From the IMG/VR virus record IMGVR_UViG_3300042199_000463, positions 11,218-75,217 of that record: a stretch of DNA of 64,000 nucleotides; one strand, 5' to 3'. The translations under genes and the position numbers were made by a program. The stretch is from a virus. Its lineage: Duplodnaviria; Caudoviricetes. This document shows positions 19,938 through 28,328 of this stretch, in pieces. Under the pieces are notes generated by a model that was not told the origin of the DNA, did not search any database, and saw only the letters and a program-made list of their open reading frames with translations. Each line of letters opens with the position of its first letter. The stretch's first letter is position 1.

Positions 19938-20048
19938 AGTCACTTTATCTTTAGTCTTAACCCTAATCCTCACCAATCGCTGTCGTTTGATGCGTCAACG
20001 AAAGCGCACAGCAAAATCAAGATAGGTAAAGCAAACAGCAAACTCATC

Positions 20049-20294
20049 TCAAACTCCATTAGCGAAATAATAAAGGCAATCGTGACAAACTTCACCTAGG
20101 TTTAAAATCCGATTGCTAGTGAGGTCATAGCCACTGCAATCATAAACGCTCGTGCCGCCTTGACCGCAACAGTTGCACCCATCGTAGCTGAAATAAGAGC
20201 CGCTTTCGCTGTCGATTGCGGAGCAGCATATAACTCCCTCTGACTTCAAAAACTCATCGCAAATTTCAGCACGCGACATTTTAACGTCGTTCAT
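20049..20294 (-). CDS. Cys-rich hypothetical protein
   Basis: 81 aa, CNCC and CHDC motifs, coupled to the upstream gene. Confidence 0.6.
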   Translation of the reverse strand: MNDVKMSRAEICDEFLKSEGVICCSAIDSESGSYFSYDGCNCCGQGGTSVYDCSGYDLTSNRILNLGEVCHDCLYYFANGV

Positions 20295-20818
20295 TTTGTT
20301 ATCCTCACTTTCACAAAATCAGTTTTCGCACCTAAGATTTCTGATTTACCCGAAAAGAAAATCATTTCATCGTCAGCGCTGGCGCCGATTTCGACGTGAA
20401 AGTCTTTGTGGTAAAAAATCTTTTGAAAGTTTACGTCCATAAGGAATTCAGTGTTCCTGCTCACAGGTTTTCTATCTTTTGAAAAAATAAAATCGGTGTT
20501 GGGGAAACTTTCCTGAACGATGGGAAACCTTGAAAGCGCTTTCCCATCAAAAAACTCAATCGTGCTTTCGGTGATGCTTATCTGATTTAAGAGTCTAGCC
20601 TTACTAATCGCTGTTAGTGCCGCATGGCTCAGGCTAACTTCGCTAACCGCCGCGCTAAGATCCGAGGGAATTGCTGTCACCTGCTTGAGCGCACCAAACC
20701 CATTTGTGCTAATCAACGTTAGTTTGCAATCCTTTATTATAAGTCGTGCCACTCTTCTAAAACCCATTCCGTTTTTATCCACGAGTTCTAGTGCTGCTTT
20801 CGCCATTTTGTTAAGCAT
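20291..20818 (-). CDS. Beta-clamp (DnaN)-like single-domain protein
   Basis: 175 aa; LTLISTNG (cf. ATDGHRL) and FPNTDFIF (cf. FPDY..V.P). Confidence 0.4.
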   Translation of the reverse strand: MLNKMAKAALELVDKNGMGFRRVARLIIKDCKLTLISTNGFGALKQVTAIPSDLSAAVSEVSLSHAALTAISKARLLNQISITESTIEFFDGKALSRFPIVQESFPNTDFIFSKDRKPVSRNTEFLMDVNFQKIFYHKDFHVEIGASADDEMIFFSGKSEILGAKTDFVKVRITK

Positions 20819-20830
20819 AGAATTTTGTCC

Positions 20831-21154
20831 TTAGTTGAAAGCATAAAAAGTTTGGCCATCGAATTCTATAAATTTGCCTTCGCTTGTTTCAGCGTCCAGC
20901 CATCTAAGGAATTCTTGACGGTAAGCGATTGTGTCAACCATTTTAAACGTGCTTGACGCATCATAACTAAGCAATCCGACTTTAAAAGGCTCAACTCCGT
21001 CGTCAAGGTGTTCATCGAAAAGGCTTTCTAATTCCCTTTCTGACGGGGGCTCACATTCGGTCATTTCGGAGTCACAGCTAGGGCAAATAAGCGTTATCTC
21101 TTCTTCCCGTTTCTCAAAGTGGGTGCATTCATTGCAGCAATAATAAAAACTCAT
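20831..21154 (-). CDS. Zn-ribbon hypothetical protein
   Basis: CNEC/CPSC pairs, acidic; YDAS..FKMVDTIAYR motif. Confidence 0.6.
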   Translation of the reverse strand: MSFYYCCNECTHFEKREEEITLICPSCDSEMTECEPPSERELESLFDEHLDDGVEPFKVGLLSYDASSTFKMVDTIAYRQEFLRWLDAETSEGKFIEFDGQTFYAFN

Positions 21155-21158
21155 AATT

Positions 21159-21398
21159 TCACCCGACCAATTTGAAAGTTTTGCGAATTTCGATGTGGTA
21201 AGCCTTCACGCCCTCGTTAGCTAACGCTAACAAAGCTTTTGACTTAGTTACTTTGTTTAGGCTTCTAAAACGCGCTAGATAATTTCTATCAGGACAATTA
21301 GTCCATCGCTGATACTGCGCAAAGGTTAGCTTCTCGCTTATCTTAGAATGAATTCGCTCACAGGAATGAAACATAAAGCACCCATTATTTGCGCCCAC
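21159..21398 (-). CDS. Hypothetical protein (start uncertain)
   Basis: 79 aa ORF at the head of the early operon. Confidence 0.4.
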   Translation of the reverse strand: MGANNGCFMFHSCERIHSKISEKLTFAQYQRWTNCPDRNYLARFRSLNKVTKSKALLALANEGVKAYHIEIRKTFKLVG

Positions 21399-21429
21399 TC
21401 CTTAGGCTGATTAGTCCTGCTTTAGTTAT

Positions 21430-21445
21430 TGCACGCCTTGTGCCA
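21430..21445 (-). promoter_or_regulatory. Sigma-54 (-24/-12) promoter-like element
   Basis: Minus strand TGGCACAAGGCGTGCA matches TGGCAC-N5-TTGCA with exact GG...GC spacing; AAGGAG RBS about 25 nt downstream. Confidence 0.55.
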
Positions 21446-21823
21446 CCGATAATTCCTTAGCCTTTTCCGCCAAAAACCTTTGCGCCAGCGACTAGTTTTT
21501 AGTCAAAACATCGGTTTTCCCAGTCTTTTCGCTTTGACGCTTGTCTAATCCTTTGACACCCCGCATCCCATGGTCCACCGAAAAACTCCTCATATCGGCG
21601 CTAGGGGAAAACTTTTTGGGAATCCGAAAATCCAATTTTTGGCCACATCCTCTAAAAACGTCTAAAACAAATCCTGACGAGTTTTGTATAAAAAATGAAT
21701 AAGGCTGATTACGGCAGCATTTGACGCAACAGCGTCAACTTTAGAGCGTTTAAACGGCATCCCATCACCGCACCCACTTTTCCAACCCTCCCCAACGGCG
21801 AGGTAATAGCTTTTCGGGAGTAG

Positions 21824-22139
21824 GTGACAGGAAATCACCTGTCCCTTTTAGTGCCGTCACCTTTAATCGTCACACCGATTTTCTTTTTTAATTTGCGGTA
21901 CTTATTTCTTGAAAGTGACAGGTGACATATAAATTTATATATTATACGGGTGAGAAAGAGATATATGCATAATACGTGTGTGTATGTGTGATATATATAT
22001 TAAGGTATCGAAAATTACCCGTCACCTGTCGCTTTTTGCTCTAACAAAATGATATCGCAGATAAAAACAAGGGTACAGGCATAAATTTTCGCCTGTACCC
22101 GTACCGTCACCCTGTCACTAACCGTCACACCGCCGTGAC
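21824..22139. repeat. Putative replication origin A: GTGAC iterons, AT-rich core, inverted repeats
   Basis: 10 GTGAC/GTCAC copies; GACAGGTGAC (21917-26)/GTCACCTGTC (22021-30) flank an AT-rich core; perfect inverted repeat GGGTACAGGC/GCCTGTACCC (22071-22100); directly 3' of the SF3 helicase. Confidence 0.7.
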
Positions 22140-22152
22140 GAAATCATTGGCT

Positions 22153-23718
22153 TTATTGCAGATGACTTTGCCCGTCCTTACTTGGCACCTCATCGCCCTC
22201 AAATCCCTCAACGACGAGTTCTGGCCGATTATCGAATCCAAAAGTCCGTCTCGCAGAGTTGGTTAAGGTAAGCCCTCTAATGCCTCTGACCTGCTTTTGG
22301 CCCTTGATCTTAATCTTGGTCCTTAGTGAATCTGGCCACTGTTTGGCGATGGCCGCATATATTTTCCTTATAAGCTGGCTTGGCGGGTTGCCTTTCGCAC
22401 TTGGATAATAAGCCTTGACAATCGTCTCAATATCGCACGCGGTGATAAAGCTCTTCTTCCAATCTTTCTCCGGCCTCTCAATGCACGCCGCAATCATCTC
22501 GTCAACCGTATCCTCGCCTTCTTTGTCCTCAAACACAGCTTTTATGCTTTCCGCAGCATAGGGGATTCTCTCGTGATTGGGGCAAAGCTGCATGTATAGC
22601 CGGTAGCATCGTGTAAGAAACGGGGCCGCCTCTTTCAAGAGCTCCGCGTCAAATTGTGCCTCAGAAATTTTTTTCACATCGCTTTCAAGAGGCTTAAACT
22701 CGAAGTACATCGCACGTTTTCTATTGGCCAATGTGTCATCCATTTTCGGGATCTTGTTACTAGAGAAAATAAACTTGCACTTCATCTTCACGCTCATCGC
22801 AGGCATTCCTTTGCCTTCAATGCGCACGTAATCATCTCCTGTTATAGACTTAAATGTGCCCGTGGAGACGAATGCCGGATTATCCTCATCGCCAAAGCAA
22901 ACAAACCGTTTCCCGAAAATTTCGTACGCCCAAAAGTGTTCTCTCATTTTATTTGGTGCCTGTGTGCTGCACGCACTTCGCCCGAAAATGTTGTAAAGAA
23001 AACTAAGAAGCCGCCCTTTGCCATTATCTCCTTCTCCGTAAAGCCAGCAGTACTGTGTCCTTGAGGCTTCTTCATCGAAGAGGCTGCCAATCCACGCCAT
23101 AAGTGGCTCTGGATTATCGCAGCGGCTGAGGATGCTATCAAAATAGGGTGTTTCACCTTCTTGATCTAATGAGAACGGAAGTTTTTCCCATGTCCATCCG
23201 TGGTGCTCGTGCGCCTGTTGTATGGAGTGTATGGAATCAGCCTTAATGGTTCGTGCCATATGCTGCATACAGCGCACAACGTCCTCAACGTTATTTGGTG
23301 CGGGGTTCTGATATTCAAACCCTAAAGATCTTCCGTAGTCGCAAACGGCGCGCCTTAGTCCTGCGATGGAAGTAGGCCGCAATATGTTAGTAAGCCGCCC
23401 TTCCTCATCTTGCAGTACTTCAGCGAACGTGACATTCGCAGTTAAGTCCTCCACGCAAACAAATCTTCTGCCGTGTGGCATATTTTTGGTCGCCGGATTT
23501 TCTATGTAGCCAATTGTCTCTGAGATAAGCTGCCGGTTTTTGACCCATAAAGAATTTTTCTTTTCAGAGGCACTATGCCCGCCTCCGCTTCCTCCGTCCC
23601 CTCCGCCATTTCCTCTTTTGTTCACAACTTTTTTGATGCTCACGACGTTTTCTTTGCTGTCTGCATTTTTGTCTGCATTTTCGTTTGCATCTTTTGCGCC
23701 TTCTAGTTTATCGCTCAC
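22153..23718 (-). CDS. SF3 (D5/P4-alpha-like) replicative helicase
   Basis: GEGDNGKG Walker A, FGDE Walker B, FSSN motif C. Confidence 0.85.
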   Translation of the reverse strand: MSDKLEGAKDANENADKNADSKENVVSIKKVVNKRGNGGGDGGSGGGHSASEKKNSLWVKNRQLISETIGYIENPATKNMPHGRRFVCVEDLTANVTFAEVLQDEEGRLTNILRPTSIAGLRRAVCDYGRSLGFEYQNPAPNNVEDVVRCMQHMARTIKADSIHSIQQAHEHHGWTWEKLPFSLDQEGETPYFDSILSRCDNPEPLMAWIGSLFDEEASRTQYCWLYGEGDNGKGRLLSFLYNIFGRSACSTQAPNKMREHFWAYEIFGKRFVCFGDEDNPAFVSTGTFKSITGDDYVRIEGKGMPAMSVKMKCKFIFSSNKIPKMDDTLANRKRAMYFEFKPLESDVKKISEAQFDAELLKEAAPFLTRCYRLYMQLCPNHERIPYAAESIKAVFEDKEGEDTVDEMIAACIERPEKDWKKSFITACDIETIVKAYYPSAKGNPPSQLIRKIYAAIAKQWPDSLRTKIKIKGQKQVRGIRGLTLTNSARRTFGFDNRPELVVEGFEGDEVPSKDGQSHLQ

Positions 23719-23754
23719 ACAAACCTCTTTACTTTCTGTCTTGTTGATTTTTAG

Positions 23755-24603
23755 TTAATTGTTAGTGTTGCTGCCGTTTTCTTTTACAGCGCCGCTGTCT
23801 CGTTGTCCTTTGCAGTATTCCTCATAATCCGCCGCCGCTGCTCTAAAGCCGTACTCGATTTGCCGACGCACCTCGTCTGCGCCGATGCCCATAAGGCTCA
23901 CAGATCCATTGCACAACTCGAACACTTCCTCTTCTGTGTAGCCGTGCCGAGCCAAAGCAGCACCAATTCTGTAGCAGGCTTTGTGCCTTCCTCCGACTTC
24001 GACTCTGGATGTCAGATAAAACGAGACATCCTTTGGCCAATCGAGCGGAGATTTGGTGCCTCTTCTGTAAAAGAACTTCCGTTCCTCCACAAACTTCGAC
24101 CAATGAAAAAGCCCGCCATCCTCACCAGAAAACACCGCGACATCTCCTACAGAGCGCCAAAAAAAGCGTGCGGCATCGGTGCAGCTATTGTCGCAAGGGA
24201 GCTCCGAGCAGAGGAGTTTCATCGTGTGCACATAATCCAGCATGCTAGTGCACTCGTCCGCGCAAACGATGACCCGAAACCTATCGCACGGAGGACTTTC
24301 GCCCTTTTGCTTTTGGTGGCTCTTAGTTGTGGCGAGGATGAATGGTGCTTTGGTACTGCAAAAATAGGCTTTTGCGTCTTCGAGTGTCCAGATGCCGGAG
24401 TCAAAATCAAAGGCCATGAGTGAAGCACTTACAAAGTTCTTTCCAAACCGCACGCCATTTTCCCATACACACGGGGACCAATTTTCCTTCATGATTACTT
24501 CTGACAGTTCTTTAATTGTGAGTTCTTTGGTGTAGAAATCTTTTTGATGCTTTGGGTTCATTGATTTGTTTAGAGACAGTGATACTACATGCTTTGAGCG
24601 CAT
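23755..24603 (-). CDS. AEP-family primase-polymerase with PriCT-like C-terminus
   Basis: AFDFD, TTKSH, RFRV motifs; C-terminal GGRHKACYRIG. Confidence 0.75.
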   Translation of the reverse strand: MRSKHVVSLSLNKSMNPKHQKDFYTKELTIKELSEVIMKENWSPCVWENGVRFGKNFVSASLMAFDFDSGIWTLEDAKAYFCSTKAPFILATTKSHQKQKGESPPCDRFRVIVCADECTSMLDYVHTMKLLCSELPCDNSCTDAARFFWRSVGDVAVFSGEDGGLFHWSKFVEERKFFYRRGTKSPLDWPKDVSFYLTSRVEVGGRHKACYRIGAALARHGYTEEEVFELCNGSVSLMGIGADEVRRQIEYGFRAAAADYEEYCKGQRDSGAVKENGSNTNN

Positions 24604-24705
24604 TCTTTATTTCCATTGACTACAGTGTAAAAACTAAGTAGGTGTGCACTAAGAAAATTTTTGTGAGAGAACATCTTAGTCAGAATATTTCAGGGAGGGC
24701 AAGCG

Positions 24706-24879
24706 TTGAATTGGGAGGCCGTACTTAGCGACTATGCGCAGAAGCTTCGCGCCGTTGAAATTTATGACAAAAGGTTCGATGATTTGCGTGAAGACGTAAG
24801 AAAAATTTATTTGATCACGAAGGACCCCAAGGTGCGTGAGATGGCGCACCGGATGCTTTCTGAGCTACAAACACCTTGA
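24706..24879 (+). CDS. Hypothetical protein (57 aa, not in ORF track)
   Basis: TTG start after GGGAGG RBS; MNWEAVLSDYAQKLR... Confidence 0.5.
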   Translation: MNWEAVLSDYAQKLRAVEIYDKRFDDLREDVRKIYLITKDPKVREMAHRMLSELQTP

Positions 24880-24913
24880 CAAATTTTTTCAAACACTAGC
24901 TTGGAGGTGCCTT

Positions 24914-25069
24914 ATGCTCTGCCAGCACGAGGGTTTTTATGTGGCGGTGAAGTTACTAGCACTCTTTGGTGTGTTTTCTGTGTTGGCTCTTGTGGGCACA
25001 CTTGCATTTCTAATTTTAACGCAAAAGAAGGTACGTGATGCGGAAAATATTTCTTCTCTTCGCAGTTAG
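24914..25069 (+). CDS. Small single-TM membrane protein
   Basis: GGAGG RBS, ATG 24914, hydrophobic stretch. Confidence 0.55.
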   Translation: MLCQHEGFYVAVKLLALFGVFSVLALVGTLAFLILTQKKVRDAENISSLRS

Positions 25070-25301
25070 TGGTTGTGCGTCCAATGATCCGTGCCTCATG
25101 CAGGAAGAGCTTGATCAGCAAGGTTGTACAACGTGTGAGTTGGCTACCTATATCAGAAGGCTTGAGAACGTAGCGAAGGCAGCTAAGAAAGCGGTGTACG
25201 ACACAGCACACAAACCAGAATGTGTCGGAAAGCGTGGAATATTTTGTAAGTGCTGGCAGAAGGAAGTATTCGAGGCTCTTGTTGAGTTGGGAGATTACTA
25301 A
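25035..25301 (+). CDS. Putative lipoprotein/hypothetical
   Basis: Lipobox-like VSGC; coupled to neighbouring genes. Confidence 0.5.
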   Translation: MMRKIFLLFAVSGCASNDPCLMQEELDQQGCTTCELATYIRRLENVAKAAKKAVYDTAHKPECVGKRGIFCKCWQKEVFEALVELGDY

Positions 25302-25534
25302 TGGACGAACACGATTCAATTTGCAGTACGGCATTGCACCACATGAAGATCAACGATTTGATTCATGAGTATGCTACTTTGAAACTTCAGAACAGAAAGC
25401 TGTTGGCTGTGGTTAATGCGGCGAAGGTTTGGGCTGAGCCAATTAAGGCTAGTTCGGTAATGGAATCGAGCGAGAAGAAGTCAGATAAAGATTCTAGGTT
25501 ATATGCTGCCTTGAAAGAATTGGAGCGAGAATGA
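25301..25534 (+). CDS. Accessory hypothetical protein (MDEHDS / LLAVV.AAK modules)
   Basis: Shares segments with 26664 and 47909. Confidence 0.6.
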   Translation: MDEHDSICSTALHHMKINDLIHEYATLKLQNRKLLAVVNAAKVWAEPIKASSVMESSEKKSDKDSRLYAALKELERE

Positions 25535-25758
25535 CTACATTGGTTCGTCTCAAGGAATTGGCTGCTATGGAATGGCTTTGTGAAGAAAGTGTTGATGAAG
25601 TTTTGGATGCGTTCCCGAAGTAAATGGCCGTGGTTGATGCGGCAAAGAAGCACGCTGCGGCAAGTGTTGACTATCGACTTGGCAAGATCGCGGAAGCGGA
25701 TTTAGCTGGGCACTATAACAAGCTAGTAAACTCGATTAAAGAATTGGAGAAGTCATAA
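25531..25758 (+). pseudogene. Accessory gene interrupted by in-frame TAA (25621-23)
   Basis: AFPK*MAVVDAAK aligns with ALPKLLAVVDAAK of 47909-48268. Confidence 0.6.
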
Positions 25759-25992
25759 ATGGTATTCGGTAGCCATAATGACGATCAAATGTATGGTGAT
25801 CCAATTGATAGTTGGAGAAAGAAGGTTTCTGAACTAGAGCAAAAACTCGCCATCGCTCGGGAGGCGTTGGAGCTAACGATTGATACGTTGGATCATTTTC
25901 AATATTCGGTACACGATTCAGCCGATACGAGATTCATGCAAGCTAGACTCGAAACTGCGCGAGCTGCGCTGGAGAAAATAACTAAGGAGTGA
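25759..25992 (+). CDS. Accessory coiled-coil protein
   Basis: ELEQKLAIAREAL...ARAALEK, shared with 48268. Confidence 0.65.
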   Translation: MVFGSHNDDQMYGDPIDSWRKKVSELEQKLAIAREALELTIDTLDHFQYSVHDSADTRFMQARLETARAALEKITKE

Positions 25993-26201
25993 GAATGGGC
26001 TTCGCAATAGCAAGTAACAAAAAGTACAAGCCGCGAAAGCCTAACCATTTTTCATTAGAGCAACGGGACGCGTTTTTCTGTGCGACGCTTCAGCCGGATG
26101 AAATAGAAGTTAGGCACAGGTACTTAAATTATAAGGAAGCAAGAAAGCTTGCAAAGTGGCTTCTAAAAGCCGCTGATTACTTGGAGAGTAAAGAGAAATG
26201 A
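25989..26201 (+). CDS. Hypothetical protein
   Basis: Coupled starts/stops in the array. Confidence 0.55.
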   Translation: MRMGFAIASNKKYKPRKPNHFSLEQRDAFFCATLQPDEIEVRHRYLNYKEARKLAKWLLKAADYLESKEK

Positions 26202-26443
26202 TCGACATAGAACTCCCAATCCAGCCAATCAACAAAGCTACGTTCTCGCTAGAGGATTTGGCGGAGTATTTGGCTCACGCTGTTGATGAAACGCAGGGAG
26301 CATTTTTCAATGCGTATATGAGCAAACTTATGGATGCGTGTAGTATGAACAACTCGCATTGGCAGATGCAAGCAATCATGCTGAAAAAGTATTTGAACAG
26401 CGATGCGAAAGATTTTTTTAATTTTGTGGGAGTGGATGGATGA
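26198..26443 (+). CDS. Accessory protein, paralogue of 48550-48804
   Basis: 59/81 identical residues by hand alignment. Confidence 0.75.
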   Translation: MIDIELPIQPINKATFSLEDLAEYLAHAVDETQGAFFNAYMSKLMDACSMNNSHWQMQAIMLKKYLNSDAKDFFNFVGVDG

Positions 26444-26664
26444 AACCAACAGTCGGGCGAATTGTGCATTACACGAATCTCGGAGACAAGGATGGGCGCT
26501 TTCCGCCAGAACAACAGGCGGCAATTATTACGCGAGTCATTTCTGATACTAGTGTTTCTTTAAAGATTTTCTACACTAGCGGCATGTTCGATATGGGTGA
26601 TGTACCGTATTCCGAGGCATACGAGCGCGGTCATTGGTCGTGGCCTGTTTTGGAGAAACTATAA
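26440..26664 (+). CDS. Small phage protein (KPTVGRIVHY...WSWP type)
   Basis: Recognisable recurring phage small-protein pattern. Confidence 0.65.
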   Translation: MKPTVGRIVHYTNLGDKDGRFPPEQQAAIITRVISDTSVSLKIFYTSGMFDMGDVPYSEAYERGHWSWPVLEKL

Positions 26665-26906
26665 TGGACGAACACGATAGCCTAGCCAGCCATGCTCTAA
26701 ACAACATGACTCTGAATGAGTTGGCAAATACTTATGCTGATTTGGTTTTGAAATTGCGGACGGCAAAAGAGGCGTTGGAATTCTACGCTGACGGCGCAAA
26801 TTACGCAGGAAAATGCGACGACTACCAAGATCCGAATTGCCCGATATGGTCTGAGACAGACAACGATAGAGGCACCCGCGCCCGCGCTGCATTGGAGAAG
26901 TTGTGA
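26664..26906 (+). CDS. Accessory hypothetical protein
   Basis: ATG 26664 MDEHDSL...; EALEFYA...ARAALEK. Confidence 0.6.
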   Translation: MDEHDSLASHALNNMTLNELANTYADLVLKLRTAKEALEFYADGANYAGKCDDYQDPNCPIWSETDNDRGTRARAALEKL

Positions 26907-27154
26907 GATTGCTTTGTTGGTTTAGTTGTGGTGCAACTAGCGCAGTTGCTACGAAGTTAGCTTTGTCTGACTGGCAAGGTGAGACTGTTGTTGCTTATTG
27001 CGATACTGGCGGCGGCGGATCTCGAAATACAGGAGATTACAGCCGGTGCTGTATGAATAATGCTTATCGCGGATGCCCCTTTCCGCTACCAATATTTGAT
27101 GAAGGAATAGCGAAACAGCGACGAAAAGATGGATTTAGGAGCGTCAGTAAATGA
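26903..27154 (+). pseudogene. 5' fragment of a PAPS-reductase-like (adenine nucleotide alpha hydrolase) gene
   Basis: WFSCGATSAVATKLA...VVAYCDTG, then the family pattern is lost at a GGCGGCGGCGG tract. Confidence 0.6.
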
Positions 27155-27441
27155 CCCGCATTGACGATATTAAAAAGAGGCTGGCATTTGCTACACATGG
27201 CCCTTGGACACCGCAAGGTAAAGACGTTAGGGCGATTTACAGACACTTCGATCACATGGTTTGTTTAGCTTCGACCGAGCTGAATGCTCAACTAATCGCC
27301 CACGCTCCCTCAGATTTGCAGTACCTACTTGACCGGGTTGAGAAGTTGGAGGCGGTGGTTGAGCAAGCAAAGAAAGTTATTGATGACTACGCTGACCCGC
27401 ACGCATTATACGAACTAAAACAACTATTGGAACAACCATGA
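27151..27441 (+). CDS. Accessory protein (AT.GPW...NA.LIAHA type)
   Basis: ATHGPW and NAQLIAHAPSDLQYLL motifs. Confidence 0.65.
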   Translation: MTRIDDIKKRLAFATHGPWTPQGKDVRAIYRHFDHMVCLASTELNAQLIAHAPSDLQYLLDRVEKLEAVVEQAKKVIDDYADPHALYELKQLLEQP

Positions 27442-27632
27442 CCCGTAATCCAAACGATCCATTAACGGCATACAGTCTGAAGCACTACGCAGCTATTTCT
27501 GCGCTAAAAGGAATAATTGCCCATGAAGGCGCGCCAGCAAAAGATAACTTAGATTACAAATCCGTCGTGGAAAACGATGTCGCAAGAGCGATTGATTACG
27601 CAGATAAACTTGTGGAGCGATTGCGTGAATGA
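27438..27632 (+). CDS. Accessory protein, paralogue of 49020-49235
   Basis: 53/64 identical residues. Confidence 0.75.
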   Translation: MTRNPNDPLTAYSLKHYAAISALKGIIAHEGAPAKDNLDYKSVVENDVARAIDYADKLVERLRE

Positions 27633-27813
27633 GTTAGAACGCCTTAAGGTAGAGCACGCAGACAAGGTACTAAATACGCTGCGTGTGGCTGTTGATTTTG
27701 GCTGGGACTTCTGCGAGACACATTCGCACGAAGAAACCTGTACCTGCCATATTGAACATTTAGAGGAATTGCTCTTATCATATGAAGAGGCCCTACGGAG
27801 GCTAAAGCAATGA
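27625..27813 (+). CDS. Hypothetical protein
   Basis: GTG 27625 overlapping the upstream stop. Confidence 0.5.
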   Translation: MNELERLKVEHADKVLNTLRVAVDFGWDFCETHSHEETCTCHIEHLEELLLSYEEALRRLKQ

Positions 27814-27823
27814 GAGGCAACCC

Positions 27824-28039
27824 ATGTCAAAAAATGAGCCAAAGACCTTAGCTGCCATCAAGATCAAGGCCACTCCTTTTTGGAGGGAGCTCATACTTGT
27901 TTCATGCTTACTACTGGCTTTTATAATGGCTATTGCGGGTTTCGCTTTTTTTCAAGTTCTGGTATGTCAGCAAGATTACCCGCACATGGATTGGAGAAAA
28001 TGTCTTGATGGACCAGAGATCAGAGCGAGCCGTATTTAA
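27824..28039 (+). CDS. Small single-TM membrane protein
   Basis: GAGG RBS, long hydrophobic segment. Confidence 0.6.
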   Translation: MSKNEPKTLAAIKIKATPFWRELILVSCLLLAFIMAIAGFAFFQVLVCQQDYPHMDWRKCLDGPEIRASRI

Positions 28040-28232
28040 GAAAAAAGGTAACGGGTCTTGGCGCATCTCCCATGACACAGGATACACAGCAATTTGCGGT
28101 ATCTGTCTAAAAGCTCACGGGGTTGATGAAGGTCTTATTGGTTGTGAACGGGTCTTAGAGTTTCGTCCTTGTCCCACACATGATGGTGTCCCCAACTGGC
28201 GCACCGCACTATCCGAGAACAGAAGAAGGTAG
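28008..28232 (+). CDS. Hypothetical CxxC protein
   Basis: CGIC...C...CPTH. Confidence 0.4.
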   Translation: MDQRSERAVFKKKGNGSWRISHDTGYTAICGICLKAHGVDEGLIGCERVLEFRPCPTHDGVPNWRTALSENRRR

Positions 28233-28277
28233 TGAGTGGATTAACGAGGCGGCCACTCCCGCACCAATGCGCAAGAA

Positions 28278-28328
28278 TTACTTCTTGCCGCCGCCTTTTT
28301 TTGGCTTATTCTTCTTAGCCTTGGTCAT
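28278..28328 (-). CDS. Lys-rich micropeptide MTKAKKNKPKKGGGKK (16 aa)
   Basis: GGGAGG RBS 5 nt before ATG; antisense to the array; counterpart at 49276-49332. Confidence 0.6.
   Translation of the reverse strand: MTKAKKNKPKKGGGKK

Noticed and set aside
24876-24902. Sigma-70 promoter TTGACA...TAGCTT
   Set aside because: The spacer is only 15 bp and the -10 is weak, so it is not supportable.
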